From Escherichia coli (GTDB lineage Bacteria > Pseudomonadota > Gammaproteobacteria > Enterobacterales > Enterobacteriaceae): a DNA stretch of 64,000 bases. The translations under genes were made by a program, and so were the position numbers. Below the pieces are notes generated by a model, which was given only the letters and a program-made list of their open reading frames with translations, had not been told where the DNA came from and did no database searches. Where the stretch lies: NCBI RefSeq assembly GCF_050920415.1, contig NZ_CP169309.1; one strand, 5' to 3'. This document shows positions 54,319 through 64,000 of this stretch, in pieces. Numbering within the stretch: position 1 is the stretch's first letter; the number at the start of each line of letters is the position of its first letter.

Positions 54319-56172
54319 ATGAGACGATTTCTGACGACGCTGATGATACTCCTGGTCGTGCTGGTGGCCGGGTTATCTGCGTTAGTGTTGCTGGTGAATC
54401 CGAATGATTTCCGCGACTATATGGTCAAGCAAGTTGCTGCACGTAGCGGTTATCAATTGCAGCTCGACGGGCCACTGCGTTGGCACGTCTGGCCGCAACT
54501 TAGTATCCTCTCCGGGCGAATGTCTCTCACTGCCCAGGGCGCGAGCCAGCCACTGGTTCGCGCAGACAACATGCGTCTGGACGTGGCGCTTTTACCACTG
54601 CTGAGTCATCAACTGAGCGTTAAGCAGGTGATGCTAAAAGGGGCAGTGATCCAACTGACGCCGCAGACGGAAGCGGTACGCAGCGAAGATGCCCCGGTTG
54701 CACCGCGCGACAATACCTTGCCGGATCTGTCAGACGATCGCGGATGGTCGTTTGATATATCCAGTCTTAAGGTGGCGGACAGCGTGCTGGTGTTCCAGCA
54801 TGAAGATGACGAGCAGGTGACAATCCGTAATATCCGCCTGCAAATGGAACAAGATCCCCAACATCGTGGTTCATTTGAGTTCTCCGGGCGGGTTAATCGC
54901 GATCAGCGCGATCTCACGATATCCCTTAACGGTACGGTAGATGCTTCTGATTATCCGCATGATTTAACGGCGGCTATTGAACAAATTAACTGGCAGTTGC
55001 AGGGTGCCGATTTACCAAAACAAGGTATTCAGGGGCAGGGGAGTTTCCAGGCCCAGTGGCAGGAGTCACATAAACGCCTTTCATTTAACCAAATTAGTTT
55101 GACCGCCAATGACAGTACGCTGAGCGGGCAAGCACAGGTCACGCTGACAGAGAAACCGGAATGGCAGCTGAGACTGCAATTCCCGCAACTGAATCTTGAC
55201 AACCTCATCCCGCTTAAAGAAACAGCGAACGGTGAAAACGGTGCCGCGCAGCAGGGGCAGAGCCAATCCACGTTGCCGCGCCCGGTCATTTCTTCGCGTA
55301 TTGATGAACCGGCCTATCAGGGATTGCAAGGCTTTACGGCTGATATTTTGTTGCAGGCCAGTAACGTGCGCTGGCGCGGAATGAATTTTACAGACGTTGC
55401 CACGCAAATGACCAACAAGTCGGGTTTGCTGGAAATTACTCAACTGCAGGGCAAGCTTAACGGTGGACAGGTTTCGCTGCCGGGCACGCTGGACGCGACA
55501 TCAATAAGTCCGCGGATAATCTTCCAGCCACGGCTGGAAAACGTTGAGATTGGCACCATTCTGAAGGCGTTTAACTATCCGATTTCGTTGACCGGAAAGA
55601 TGTCACTTGCGGGTGATTTCTCCGGTGCTGACATAGATGCCGACGCATTCCGCAACAACTGGCAAGGGCAGGCGCATGTTGAGATGACCGACACACGCAT
55701 GGAAGGGATGAACTTCCAGCAGATGATTCAGCAAGCGGTAGAGCGTAATGGTGGTGATGTGAAGGCCGCTGAAAACTTCGATAACGTGACGCGTCTTGAC
55801 CGCTTTACCACCGATTTGACGTTGAAGGATGGCGTCGTGACGTTAAACGACATGCAAGGTCAATCGCCTGTGCTGGCGCTGACAGGGGAAGGCATGTTGA
55901 ATTTGGCAGATCAAACCTGCGACACCCAGTTTGATATTCGGGTCGTGGGTGGCTGGAACGGGGAAAGCAAACTGATTGATTTCCTCAAAGAAACGCCAGT
56001 ACCGCTGCGGGTTTATGGCAACTGGCAGCAACTTAATTACAGCCTGCAAGTGGACCAGCTGCTACGCAAACATCTACAGGACGAAGCGAAACGTCGCCTG
56101 AATGACTGGGCCGAGCGGAATAAAGATTCCCGCAATGGCAAAGATGTGAAGAAGTTGCTGGAGAAGATGTAA
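54319..56172 (+). CDS. asmA: Outer-membrane assembly protein AsmA
   Basis: 617 aa; N-terminal membrane anchor then a long soluble domain. Confidence 0.92.
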   Translation: MRRFLTTLMILLVVLVAGLSALVLLVNPNDFRDYMVKQVAARSGYQLQLDGPLRWHVWPQLSILSGRMSLTAQGASQPLVRADNMRLDVALLPLLSHQLSVKQVMLKGAVIQLTPQTEAVRSEDAPVAPRDNTLPDLSDDRGWSFDISSLKVADSVLVFQHEDDEQVTIRNIRLQMEQDPQHRGSFEFSGRVNRDQRDLTISLNGTVDASDYPHDLTAAIEQINWQLQGADLPKQGIQGQGSFQAQWQESHKRLSFNQISLTANDSTLSGQAQVTLTEKPEWQLRLQFPQLNLDNLIPLKETANGENGAAQQGQSQSTLPRPVISSRIDEPAYQGLQGFTADILLQASNVRWRGMNFTDVATQMTNKSGLLEITQLQGKLNGGQVSLPGTLDATSISPRIIFQPRLENVEIGTILKAFNYPISLTGKMSLAGDFSGADIDADAFRNNWQGQAHVEMTDTRMEGMNFQQMIQQAVERNGGDVKAAENFDNVTRLDRFTTDLTLKDGVVTLNDMQGQSPVLALTGEGMLNLADQTCDTQFDIRVVGGWNGESKLIDFLKETPVPLRVYGNWQQLNYSLQVDQLLRKHLQDEAKRRLNDWAERNKDSRNGKDVKKLLEKM

Positions 56173-56193
56173 GTCATCCAGATGACATATGCT

Positions 56194-56229
56194 GTAGGCC
56201 TGATAAGACGCGTAAGCGTCGCATCAGGC
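56194..56229. repeat. REP palindromic unit (left arm of inverted pair)
   Basis: GTAGGCCTGATAAGACGCGTAAGCGTCGCATCAGGC; exact reverse complement of 56589-56624. Confidence 0.85.
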
Positions 56230-56588
56230 AATCACGTAGATTACTTTCAGCAAAGATGAATCATCTGTATAAGTAAGATACTTCAGCGAGGGTGTTGGTC
56301 CGGCTGTAAATCGCCGAATCGTTTCCTGTAGGCCGGGGCAGCCCACATGGATGTGGGCTGAGGGCGCGTTTTACAGGGATGTTACCTCGCGCCCGTACCC
56401 GATAGCCGAAAGGAATAAGATGAGGGGACCGCGCTAGCGGCGATTTACCGCCGGGAGCCCGGGTTGCCAGGGTGGTGGCGATTGAGCCACCCTGGCACGT
56501 TCACCGGCTTGAGCGTTCCAAAGTAGCGAGGAACATAAAGTGAACGGAACAGCCTCTAATGTCACATACTCTCCCGGTTGAATGAAAC
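56230..56588. other. GC-rich structured ~360 bp insert between inverted REP units, function unknown
   Basis: Long perfect hairpins CAGCCCACAT-GG-ATGTGGGCTG (about 56337-56358) and GCCAGGGTGG-N11-CCACCCTGGC (about 56467-56497); no convincing ORF. Confidence 0.4.
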
Positions 56589-56624
56589 GCCTGATGCGAC
56601 GCTTACGCGTCTTATCAGGCCTAC
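56589..56624. repeat. REP palindromic unit (right arm of inverted pair)
   Basis: GCCTGATGCGACGCTTACGCGTCTTATCAGGCCTAC. Confidence 0.85.
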
Positions 56625-56630
56625 ATGCCA

Positions 56631-58214
56631 TCACACCTCATACTCCATTTCGCCATCCTTATGCAGCGGAATAATCTGCACCTTCTGCACGCGATGGCTT
56701 TCCACCTGCAATGTTTTAAGCAAATAATCCCCCACCTGAACTTCTTCGCCAGGTTTTGGAATGCGCTGTAAATATTCCATCAGCAGCCCGGCAATGGTGT
56801 GATATTCACGTTTCTCATCCAGCGGCAGTGGTACATATTGCACCAGATCTTCCAGCGGCATATGACCATTCGCTGTCCAGGAACCGTCGGCATTTTTCTG
56901 AATATCATGACGGGCATCGATCTCTTCCACTTCGTTTGGCAAGTTACCAGCAATGGTTTCAGTGACGTCACTTAATGTCACAATCCCTTCCACCGAGCCA
57001 AACTCATCCACCACAAAAGCAAAGTGCGTGCGGGCATTACGGAACTGCTCCAGGGCAGGTAACAACGGTAAAGTTTCCGGGAACACCAGCGGCTGGCGAA
57101 TCAACACCCGCAGGTTGAGCGGTTCGCCACGCAGTGACTGTTGTAGCAGGTCGATAACGTGAACAACACCGAGCAAATCTTCTGCGTCATCGCCGTCGGT
57201 AACGACCAGACGCGTATGCTGATTTCGCTCCAGCAACTGGCGGATTTCTTCTTCCGGCGCGTTGAGATCGATATGCTCAATATCGTGGCGCGACGTCATA
57301 ATGCTGCTGACGGTACGCTGGTTAAGATTAAGTACCCGCTCAATCATCCGCCGTTCCTGCGGATTAAAGATCTGCTGGTTACCATAATCCACCAGCATGG
57401 ACGCGGTTTCGGCATCCAGTTCCGCATCTTCTTTTTGCCCGCTTAACAAGCGCATTACCGCTTCGGTAGTTCGCTGGCGCAGCGTCTGGTTAGCGGAGAG
57501 AAAACGTCGCCGGTTAAAGATGGCAAGTTGATTGAGCGCCTCGATCATTACCGAGAAACCAATGGCAGCATACAGATAGCCTTTCGGAATGACGAAGCCG
57601 AAACCTTCCGCCACCAGGCTAAAGCCAATCATCAACAGGAAACTTAGGCAGAGTATGACGATGGTCGGGTGACTGTTAACAAATTGCGTTAACGGCTTGC
57701 TGGCCATCAGCATCAGGCTGATCGCGATAACCACGGCGGCCATCATGACCAGTAAATGGTCGACCATCCCGACGGCAGTAATCACCGAGTCAAGTGAGAA
57801 GATGGCGTCCAGCACCACAATTTGCGTCACCACGCCCCAGAACTTCGCACCTTTGCGTTGCGTGGGGTTATTGCTGTCTTTCCCCTCCAGCCGTTCGTTC
57901 AACTCCATCGTGGCTTTGAACAGCAGGAAGAAACCACCAAACAGCATGATTAAGTCGCGGGCGCTAAAGGTAAACGAGCGGAAGCTGAACAGTGGTTGGG
58001 TCAGGGTGACCAGCCAGGAGATTGACGCCAGCAGTAACAGGCGCATTAACATTGCCAGCAGCAGCCCGGTAATCCGTGCGCGGTCGCGCTGCTTCGGCGG
58101 TAGTTTTTCGGCGAGGATGGCAATAAAGACCAGGTTATCAATGCCGAGGACCAGTTCGATCACAATCAGCGTGATTAACCCGGCCCAGATAGACGGATCG
58201 GCAATCCATTCCAT
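56631..58214 (-). CDS. yegH: TerC-CBS-CorC family membrane protein YegH
   Basis: ORF 56631..58280; start set at [13 protein letters not shown] giving 527 aa; TerC-like membrane N-terminus plus CBS pair and CorC/HlyC C-terminus. Confidence 0.88.
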   Translation of the reverse strand: MEWIADPSIWAGLITLIVIELVLGIDNLVFIAILAEKLPPKQRDRARITGLLLAMLMRLLLLASISWLVTLTQPLFSFRSFTFSARDLIMLFGGFFLLFKATMELNERLEGKDSNNPTQRKGAKFWGVVTQIVVLDAIFSLDSVITAVGMVDHLLVMMAAVVIAISLMLMASKPLTQFVNSHPTIVILCLSFLLMIGFSLVAEGFGFVIPKGYLYAAIGFSVMIEALNQLAIFNRRRFLSANQTLRQRTTEAVMRLLSGQKEDAELDAETASMLVDYGNQQIFNPQERRMIERVLNLNQRTVSSIMTSRHDIEHIDLNAPEEEIRQLLERNQHTRLVVTDGDDAEDLLGVVHVIDLLQQSLRGEPLNLRVLIRQPLVFPETLPLLPALEQFRNARTHFAFVVDEFGSVEGIVTLSDVTETIAGNLPNEVEEIDARHDIQKNADGSWTANGHMPLEDLVQYVPLPLDEKREYHTIAGLLMEYLQRIPKPGEEVQVGDYLLKTLQVESHRVQKVQIIPLHKDGEMEYEV

Positions 58215-58682
58215 AGTAAGTACAAAACCTATTCGTTGTATGACAAATGTCACAATTCGATCATGGATAAATCGGGGCAAAAATGCAATGTTGCAGCACT
58301 ATTTATCTCATATAATTTGAGGGTTATAACCTCACATTATCCCTGAATTAAAAGTGGCAATAATAAAACATTATTTAAGAAATATCGCATATGGAGACAC
58401 TATATTAATTATTGTCAACCTAAAGAAATTCCTAAAAAACATATTGATTGACACTTAATATAATTCTTAAAAATAGCCAATTGCCGAATTGTTACCTTGC
58501 CTGCTATTCCGTTAGCTGTAACACTTCCTCCTGCATTATTGGAAGCCAATATTCAATTACCATAATGCCACCTTATATCTGGAAAATTAATTCACGGAAT
58601 AACGCTTTTTCATAATCAACTGCATGATGAAAGAGTTAGAAAATCTAAACTAAATCAGTGTATTGGTAGCTAAAAAGCCAGG

Positions 58683-58694
58683 GGCGGTAGCGTG
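58683..58694 (+). promoter_or_regulatory. ops element (GGCGGTAGCGTG) in JUMPstart leader of the wza/colanic acid operon
   Basis: Exact ops 12-mer about 180 nt upstream of wza in a long untranslated leader; RfaH-dependent antitermination signal. Confidence 0.8.
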
Positions 58695-58872
58695 TCTGGA
58701 CGCCTGAAAGACCAGTCTGAATTATTCTGTCAATAGCCTGCGGATGAAATCAATTTTTTTAGGACTGATGCCAGTTAAATTTTTATTCAATTAACTGCAA
58801 GGTAAATGTGCATGGCGACATTGCTATTAATAGTGCACAGGATAATTACTCTGCCAAAGTGATAAATAAACA

Positions 58873-60012
58873 ATGATGAAATCCAAAATGAAATTGATGC
58901 CATTATTGGTGTCAGTAACCTTGATAAGCGGTTGCACAGTACTTCCGGGCAGCAATATGTCGACGATGGGTAAAGACGTCATCAAACAGCAGGATGCTGA
59001 TTTCGATCTCGACAAAATGGTGAATGTTTATCCGCTGACCCCGCGCCTGATTGATCAATTACGCCCACGCCCGAACGTCGCGCGCCCCAATATGACGCTG
59101 GAAAGCGAGATTGCCAATTATCAATATCGTGTCGGGCCGGGCGACGTTCTTAATGTCACCGTCTGGGATCACCCGGAACTCACCACGCCAGCTGGTCAGT
59201 ACCGCAGCTCCAGCGACACCGGCAACTGGGTACAGCCTGACGGCACTATGTTCTACCCGTATATCGGCAAGGTTCACGTGGTGGGGAAAACGCTCGCTGA
59301 AATCCGCAGTGATATTACCGGGCGCTTAGCGACGTACATCGCTGACCCACAGGTGGACGTTAATATCGCCGCCTTCCGCTCGCAAAAGGCCTATATCTCC
59401 GGTCAGGTGAATAAATCCGGTCAACAGGCGATCACCAACGTACCATTGACCATTCTCGACGCCATTAACGCCGCAGGTGGCCTGACCGATACCGCTGACT
59501 GGCGCAACGTGGTGCTAACACACAATGGTCGTGAAGAACGCATTTCTTTGCAGGCGCTGATGCAAAACGGTGACCTCAATCAGAATCGACTGCTTTACCC
59601 CGGCGATATCCTCTACGTGCCGCGTAATGATGATCTGAAAGTGTTTGTGATGGGTGAAGTGAAGAAACAGAGCACCCTGAAAATGGACTTTAGCGGCATG
59701 ACCTTGACTGAAGCCCTGGGCAATGCCGAAGGTATCGACATGACCACCTCCAACGCCAGCGGCATCTTTGTCATTCGTCCGCTGAAAGGCGAGGGTGGGC
59801 GAAACGGCAAGATCGCCAATATCTACCAACTGGATATGTCCGATGCCACGTCGCTGGTGATGGCGACAGAATTCCGCCTGCAGCCTTATGACGTGGTGTA
59901 TGTCACCACCGCCCCGGTTTCCCGCTGGAACCGTCTGATCAATCAGTTGCTGCCAACTATTAGCGGTGTCCGTTACATGACGGATACAGCCAGCGACATT
60001 CATAACTGGTAA
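58873..60012 (+). CDS. wza: Outer membrane polysaccharide export lipoprotein Wza
   Basis: 379 aa; lipobox LISGCTV. Confidence 0.93.
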   Translation: MMKSKMKLMPLLVSVTLISGCTVLPGSNMSTMGKDVIKQQDADFDLDKMVNVYPLTPRLIDQLRPRPNVARPNMTLESEIANYQYRVGPGDVLNVTVWDHPELTTPAGQYRSSSDTGNWVQPDGTMFYPYIGKVHVVGKTLAEIRSDITGRLATYIADPQVDVNIAAFRSQKAYISGQVNKSGQQAITNVPLTILDAINAAGGLTDTADWRNVVLTHNGREERISLQALMQNGDLNQNRLLYPGDILYVPRNDDLKVFVMGEVKKQSTLKMDFSGMTLTEALGNAEGIDMTTSNASGIFVIRPLKGEGGRNGKIANIYQLDMSDATSLVMATEFRLQPYDVVYVTTAPVSRWNRLINQLLPTISGVRYMTDTASDIHNW

Positions 60013-60017
60013 TCGTC

Positions 60018-60461
60018 ATGTTTAACAACATCTTAGTTGTCTGTGTCGGCAATATTTGCCGTTCCCCGACGGCGGAACGCTTACTGCAACGTTATCACCC
60101 TGAGCTGAAAGTAGAATCCGCTGGTCTCGGCGCACTGGTCGGTAAAGGGGCTGATCCTACTGCCATCAGTGTTGCTGCAGAACATCAACTGTCTCTGGAA
60201 GGTCACTGTGCCCGTCAAATCAGCCGCAGCCTGTGTCGCAACTACGACCTGATTTTGACCATGGAAAAGCGCCATATCGAACGCTTATGCGAGATGGCAC
60301 CTGAGATGCGCGGCAAAGTGATGCTGTTTGGTCACTGGGATAACGAATGTGAAATCCCCGATCCGTATCGCAAAAGCCGGGAAACGTTTGCAGCGGTGTA
60401 CACATTACTTGAACGGTCTGCCCGCCAGTGGGCGCAGGCATTGAACGCAGAGCAGGTATAA
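60018..60461 (+). CDS. wzb: Low-molecular-weight protein-tyrosine phosphatase Wzb
   Basis: 147 aa; CVGNICRSP P-loop. Confidence 0.93.
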   Translation: MFNNILVVCVGNICRSPTAERLLQRYHPELKVESAGLGALVGKGADPTAISVAAEHQLSLEGHCARQISRSLCRNYDLILTMEKRHIERLCEMAPEMRGKVMLFGHWDNECEIPDPYRKSRETFAAVYTLLERSARQWAQALNAEQV

Positions 60462-60463
60462 CA

Positions 60464-62626
60464 ATGACAGAAAAAGTAAAACAACATGCCGCTCCGGTAA
60501 CGGGCAGTGATGAAATCGATATTGGTCGCTTGGTCGGCACCGTCATTGAAGCGCGCTGGTGGGTAATTGGCATCACCGCCGTATTCGCCCTCTGTGCTGT
60601 GGTTTACACCTTCTTCGCTACGCCGATATACAGCGCCGACGCACTGGTACAAATCGAGCAAAGCAGCGGCAATTCGTTAGTGCAGGATATCGGCTCGGCA
60701 TTAGCCAACAAACCGCCAGCATCGGACGCCGAGATCCAGTTGATTCGCTCGCGTCTGGTGCTTGGTAAAACGGTGGACGATCTTGACCTCGATATTGCGG
60801 TGAGCAAAAACACGTTCCCCATTTTCGGTGCGGGCTGGGATCGCCTGATGGGACGTCAGAACGAGACAGTAAAAGTGACCACCTTTAACCGTCCAAAAGA
60901 GATGGTGGATCAGGTGTTTACGCTTAATGTGCTGGACAACAAAAATTACACTTTGAGCAGCGACGGTGGCTTTAGCGCTCGTGGGCAAGCGGGCCAGATG
61001 CTGAAAAAAGAAGGCGTCACACTGATGGTTGAAGCCATTCACGCCAGCCCGGGCAGTGAGTTTACCGTCACCAAATACTCCACGCTGGGGATGATCAACC
61101 AACTGCAAAACAGCCTGACGGTAACGGAGAACGGCAAAGACGCTGGCGTACTGAGCCTGACTTATACCGGTGAAGATCGCGAACAGATCCGCGACATTCT
61201 TAACAGTATCGCCCGTAACTATCAGGAACAAAATATTGAGCGCAAATCGGCGGAAGCGTCGAAAAGCCTCGCCTTCCTCGCGCAACAGTTACCAGAAGTA
61301 CGCAGCCGCCTTGATGTTGCTGAAAACAAACTGAATGCCTTCCGTCAGGATAAAGATTCTGTTGATCTGCCGCTGGAAGCGAAAGCGGTGCTCGATTCGA
61401 TGGTGAACATCGACGCGCAGTTGAACGAACTGACCTTTAAAGAGGCGGAAATCTCCAAGCTGTACACCAAAGTTCACCCGGCGTACCGCACGCTGCTGGA
61501 GAAACGTCAGGCGCTGGAAGAAGAGAAAGCCAAACTTAACGGTCGCGTAACGGCGATGCCGAAAACCCAGCAGGAAATTGTCCGTCTGACCCGCGATGTC
61601 GAGTCTGGTCAACAGGTCTATATGCAACTGCTGAATAAAGAGCAGGAGCTGAAAATCACCGAAGCCAGCACCGTCGGCGATGTGCGCATTGTTGACCCGG
61701 CAATCACCCAGCCTGGCGTGCTGAAACCGAAGAAAGGGCTGATTATCCTCGGCGCGATTATCCTTGGCCTGATGCTCTCTATCGTGGGTGTGCTGCTGCG
61801 CTCGTTGTTTAATCGCGGCATCGAAAGCCCGCAGGTGCTGGAAGAACACGGCATCAGCGTCTATGCCAGCATCCCGCTGTCGGAATGGCAAAAAGCGCGC
61901 GATAGCGTCAAAACCATCAAAGGGGTTAAACGCTATAAACAGAGCCAGCTACTGGCGGTGGGGAATCCAACCGATCTGGCGATTGAAGCCATCCGTAGTC
62001 TGCGTACCAGTTTGCACTTCGCGATGATGCAGGCACAGAACAATGTGTTGATGATGACCGGGGTTAGCCCGTCAATCGGTAAAACCTTTGTCTGCGCCAA
62101 CCTGGCGGCGGTCATTAGCCAGACCAATAAACGGGTGTTGTTGATCGACTGTGATATGCGCAAAGGCTACACCCACGAGCTGTTGGGCACCAATAACGTC
62201 AATGGCCTGTCGGAAATTCTGATTGGTCAGGGCGATATTACTACCGCTGCTAAACCGACCTCTATTGCCAAATTTGACCTGATCCCGCGCGGTGAGGTGC
62301 CGCCAAATCCTTCCGAACTGTTGATGAGCGAACGCTTTGCGGAACTGGTGAGCTGGGCGAGTAAAAACTATGACCTGGTGTTGATTGATACGCCGCCGAT
62401 TCTGGCAGTGACCGATGCCGCGATTGTCGGGCGGCATGTCGGAACCACGTTGATGGTGGCGCGTTATGCGGTCAACACCTTGAAAGAAGTGGAAACCAGT
62501 CTGAGCCGCTTTGAGCAAAACGGTATTCCGGTGAAAGGGGTGATTCTGAACTCTATCTTCCGCCGCGCCAGCGCGTATCAGGATTATGGCTATTACGAAT
62601 ACGAATATAAGTCGGACGCGAAATAA
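60464..62626 (+). CDS. wzc: Tyrosine autokinase / polysaccharide co-polymerase Wzc
   Basis: Internal start MTEKVKQHAAPVTG within ORF 60428..62626 gives 720 aa; Walker A SPSIGKT; C-terminal Tyr-rich tail YQDYGYYEYEYKSD. Confidence 0.93.
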   Translation: MTEKVKQHAAPVTGSDEIDIGRLVGTVIEARWWVIGITAVFALCAVVYTFFATPIYSADALVQIEQSSGNSLVQDIGSALANKPPASDAEIQLIRSRLVLGKTVDDLDLDIAVSKNTFPIFGAGWDRLMGRQNETVKVTTFNRPKEMVDQVFTLNVLDNKNYTLSSDGGFSARGQAGQMLKKEGVTLMVEAIHASPGSEFTVTKYSTLGMINQLQNSLTVTENGKDAGVLSLTYTGEDREQIRDILNSIARNYQEQNIERKSAEASKSLAFLAQQLPEVRSRLDVAENKLNAFRQDKDSVDLPLEAKAVLDSMVNIDAQLNELTFKEAEISKLYTKVHPAYRTLLEKRQALEEEKAKLNGRVTAMPKTQQEIVRLTRDVESGQQVYMQLLNKEQELKITEASTVGDVRIVDPAITQPGVLKPKKGLIILGAIILGLMLSIVGVLLRSLFNRGIESPQVLEEHGISVYASIPLSEWQKARDSVKTIKGVKRYKQSQLLAVGNPTDLAIEAIRSLRTSLHFAMMQAQNNVLMMTGVSPSIGKTFVCANLAAVISQTNKRVLLIDCDMRKGYTHELLGTNNVNGLSEILIGQGDITTAAKPTSIAKFDLIPRGEVPPNPSELLMSERFAELVSWASKNYDLVLIDTPPILAVTDAAIVGRHVGTTLMVARYAVNTLKEVETSLSRFEQNGIPVKGVILNSIFRRASAYQDYGYYEYEYKSDAK

Positions 62627-62639
62627 CGAGATCCGCTGT

Positions 62640-62745
62640 CGGATGCGATGCTGACGCATCTTATCCGACCTACGTTCACGCCGCATCAGGCAAGCAAACC
62701 CGCTCCGTAGGCCGGATAAGGCGTTCACGCCGCATCCGGCAACAG
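62640..62745. repeat. REP/BIME elements
   Basis: Palindromic units CGGATGCGATGCTGACGCATCTTATCCG and GCCGGATAAGGCGTTCACGCCGCATCCGGCA after wzc. Confidence 0.85.
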
Positions 62746-62803
62746 AACCTGTAAACCAGCTTATAAACCGGCAGAACATCTCGATACTCCGGGAGAACAA
62801 CCT

Positions 62804-63643
62804 ATGAAAGACAATCCGCTGATCTCAATCTATATGCCGACCTGGAACCGCCAACAACTGGCGATTCGGGCGATAAAATCGGTCCTGCGCCAGGACTACA
62901 GCAACTGGGAGATGATTATCGTGGATGATTGCTCCACCTCCTGGGAACAGTTGCAACAGTACGTCACCGCCCTCAACGACTCGCGCATTACGTACATTCA
63001 CAACGACATTAACAGCGGGGCGTGCGCGGTACGTAACCAGGCGATTATGCTGGCGCAAGGGGAATACATCACCGGGATCGATGACGATGATGAATGGACA
63101 CCCAACCGCCTGAGCGTCTTCCTCGCCCATAAACAGCAACTGGTCACACATGCGTTCTTGTACGCCAACGACTACGTTTGCCAGGGCGAAGTTTATTCCC
63201 AACCGGCAAGCTTGCCGCTGTATCCCAAATCGCCGTATTCACGCCGCCTGTTCTACAAACGCAATATCATTGGCAATCAGGTTTTTACCTGGGCGTGGCG
63301 TTTCAAAGAGTGTTTGTTCGATACCGAACTGAAAGCGGCACAGGATTACGACATCTTCCTGCGAATGGTGGTGGAGTACGGCGAACCGTGGAAAGTGGAA
63401 GAGGCGACGCAGATCCTGCATATCAATCACGGCGAAATGCAGATCACCTCGTCACCGAAAAAATTCTCCGGGTACTTCCACTTTTATCGTAAGCACAAAG
63501 ACAAATTCGACCGCGCCAGCAAGAAATATCAGTTGTTTACCCTCTACCAGATCCGCAATAAACGCATGACCTGGCGCACCTTGTTGACGCTGCTGTCGGT
63601 GCGTAACGGCAAACGTCTGGCTGATGGAATTCGGGGGCGCTAA
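62804..63643 (+). CDS. wcaA: Colanic acid biosynthesis glycosyltransferase (GT2)
   Basis: 279 aa; ISIYMPTWNR GT2 N-terminal signature and DDD motif. Confidence 0.9.
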   Translation: MKDNPLISIYMPTWNRQQLAIRAIKSVLRQDYSNWEMIIVDDCSTSWEQLQQYVTALNDSRITYIHNDINSGACAVRNQAIMLAQGEYITGIDDDDEWTPNRLSVFLAHKQQLVTHAFLYANDYVCQGEVYSQPASLPLYPKSPYSRRLFYKRNIIGNQVFTWAWRFKECLFDTELKAAQDYDIFLRMVVEYGEPWKVEEATQILHINHGEMQITSSPKKFSGYFHFYRKHKDKFDRASKKYQLFTLYQIRNKRMTWRTLLTLLSVRNGKRLADGIRGR

Positions 63644-63645
63644 AG

Positions 63646-64000
63646 ATGCTGGAAGATCTGCGCGCCAACAGCTGGAGTTTACGCCCGTGCTGCATGGTTC
63701 TTGCCTATCGCGTTGCTCATTTTTGTTCAGTGTGGCGCAAAAAAAACGTCCTCAACAATCTGTGGGCGGCCCCGCTGCTGGTGCTGTATCGCATTATCAC
63801 CGAATGCTTTTTCGGTTATGAAATCCAGGCCGCCGCGACCATTGGCCGACGCTTTACTATCCATCACGGCTATGCCGTAGTGATCAATAAAAACGTGGTC
63901 GCGGGGGATGATTTCACCATTCGCCACGGCGTCACTATCGGCAATCGTGGTGCCGATAACATGGCATGTCCACACATTGGCAACGGCGTCGAACTTGGTG
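63646..64000 (+). CDS. wcaB: Colanic acid acetyltransferase (hexapeptide repeat), 5' part only
   Basis: ATG at 63646 (MLEDLRANSWSLRP...), open to the window end; hexapeptide-like IGRRFTIHHGYAVVI. Confidence 0.85.
   Translation, partial: MLEDLRANSWSLRPCCMVLAYRVAHFCSVWRKKNVLNNLWAAPLLVLYRIITECFFGYEIQAAATIGRRFTIHHGYAVVINKNVVAGDDFTIRHGVTIGNRGADNMACPHIGNGVELG

Noticed and set aside
56434-56634. 66 aa Arg-rich minus-strand ORF inside the REP-flanked insert
   Set aside because: No RBS, extends into the REP palindrome, highly basic low-complexity sequence; the region is more likely non-coding.
63727-63975. 82 aa minus-strand ORF
   Set aside because: Antisense to the wcaB hexapeptide-repeat coding region, which is in frame from ATG 63646 and matches the expected acetyltransferase.

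Overview
This window reads as an Escherichia coli chromosomal segment colinear with the K-12 46-49 min region, in reverse orientation. Gene order: molR-like WGR protein (5' part) - metG - apbC(mrp) - yehE/yehDCBA cryptic chaperone-usher fimbriae - rcnB/rcnA/rcnR - TPP riboswitch-thiMD - yegX - yegW - yegVUT - fbaB - gatYZABCD-gatR - yegS - yegR - cyaR sRNA - yegQ(trhP) - yegP - baeRS/mdtDCBA - three tandem ibs/sib type I toxin-antitoxin repeats - yegL/yegK/yegJ/yegI - yegD - alkA - dgcE(yegE) - udk - dcd - asmA - yegH - wza-wzb-wzc-wcaA-wcaB' (start of the colanic acid cluster). All identifications rest on my recall of E. coli K-12 protein sequences, lengths and gene order plus motifs read directly from the sequence; no database search or computation was run. 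No CRISPR array, IS element, integrase or prophage gene was found. The most interesting stretch is the accessory-like island between mdtA and yegD (about 41.6-48.3 kb): a triplicated ibs/sib array followed by a vWA protein, a PP2C phosphatase, a secreted DUF2314 protein and a membrane-anchored atypical Ser/Thr kinase with a C-terminal HhH-like tail, which together look like an under-characterised phospho-signalling or conflict module. Apparent differences from K-12 MG1655, as I recall it: three rather than two ibs/sib copies, an intact gatR, no ogrK/yegZ P2 remnant next to cyaR, and an extra ~360 bp structured insert between inverted REP units in the asmA-yegH spacer.
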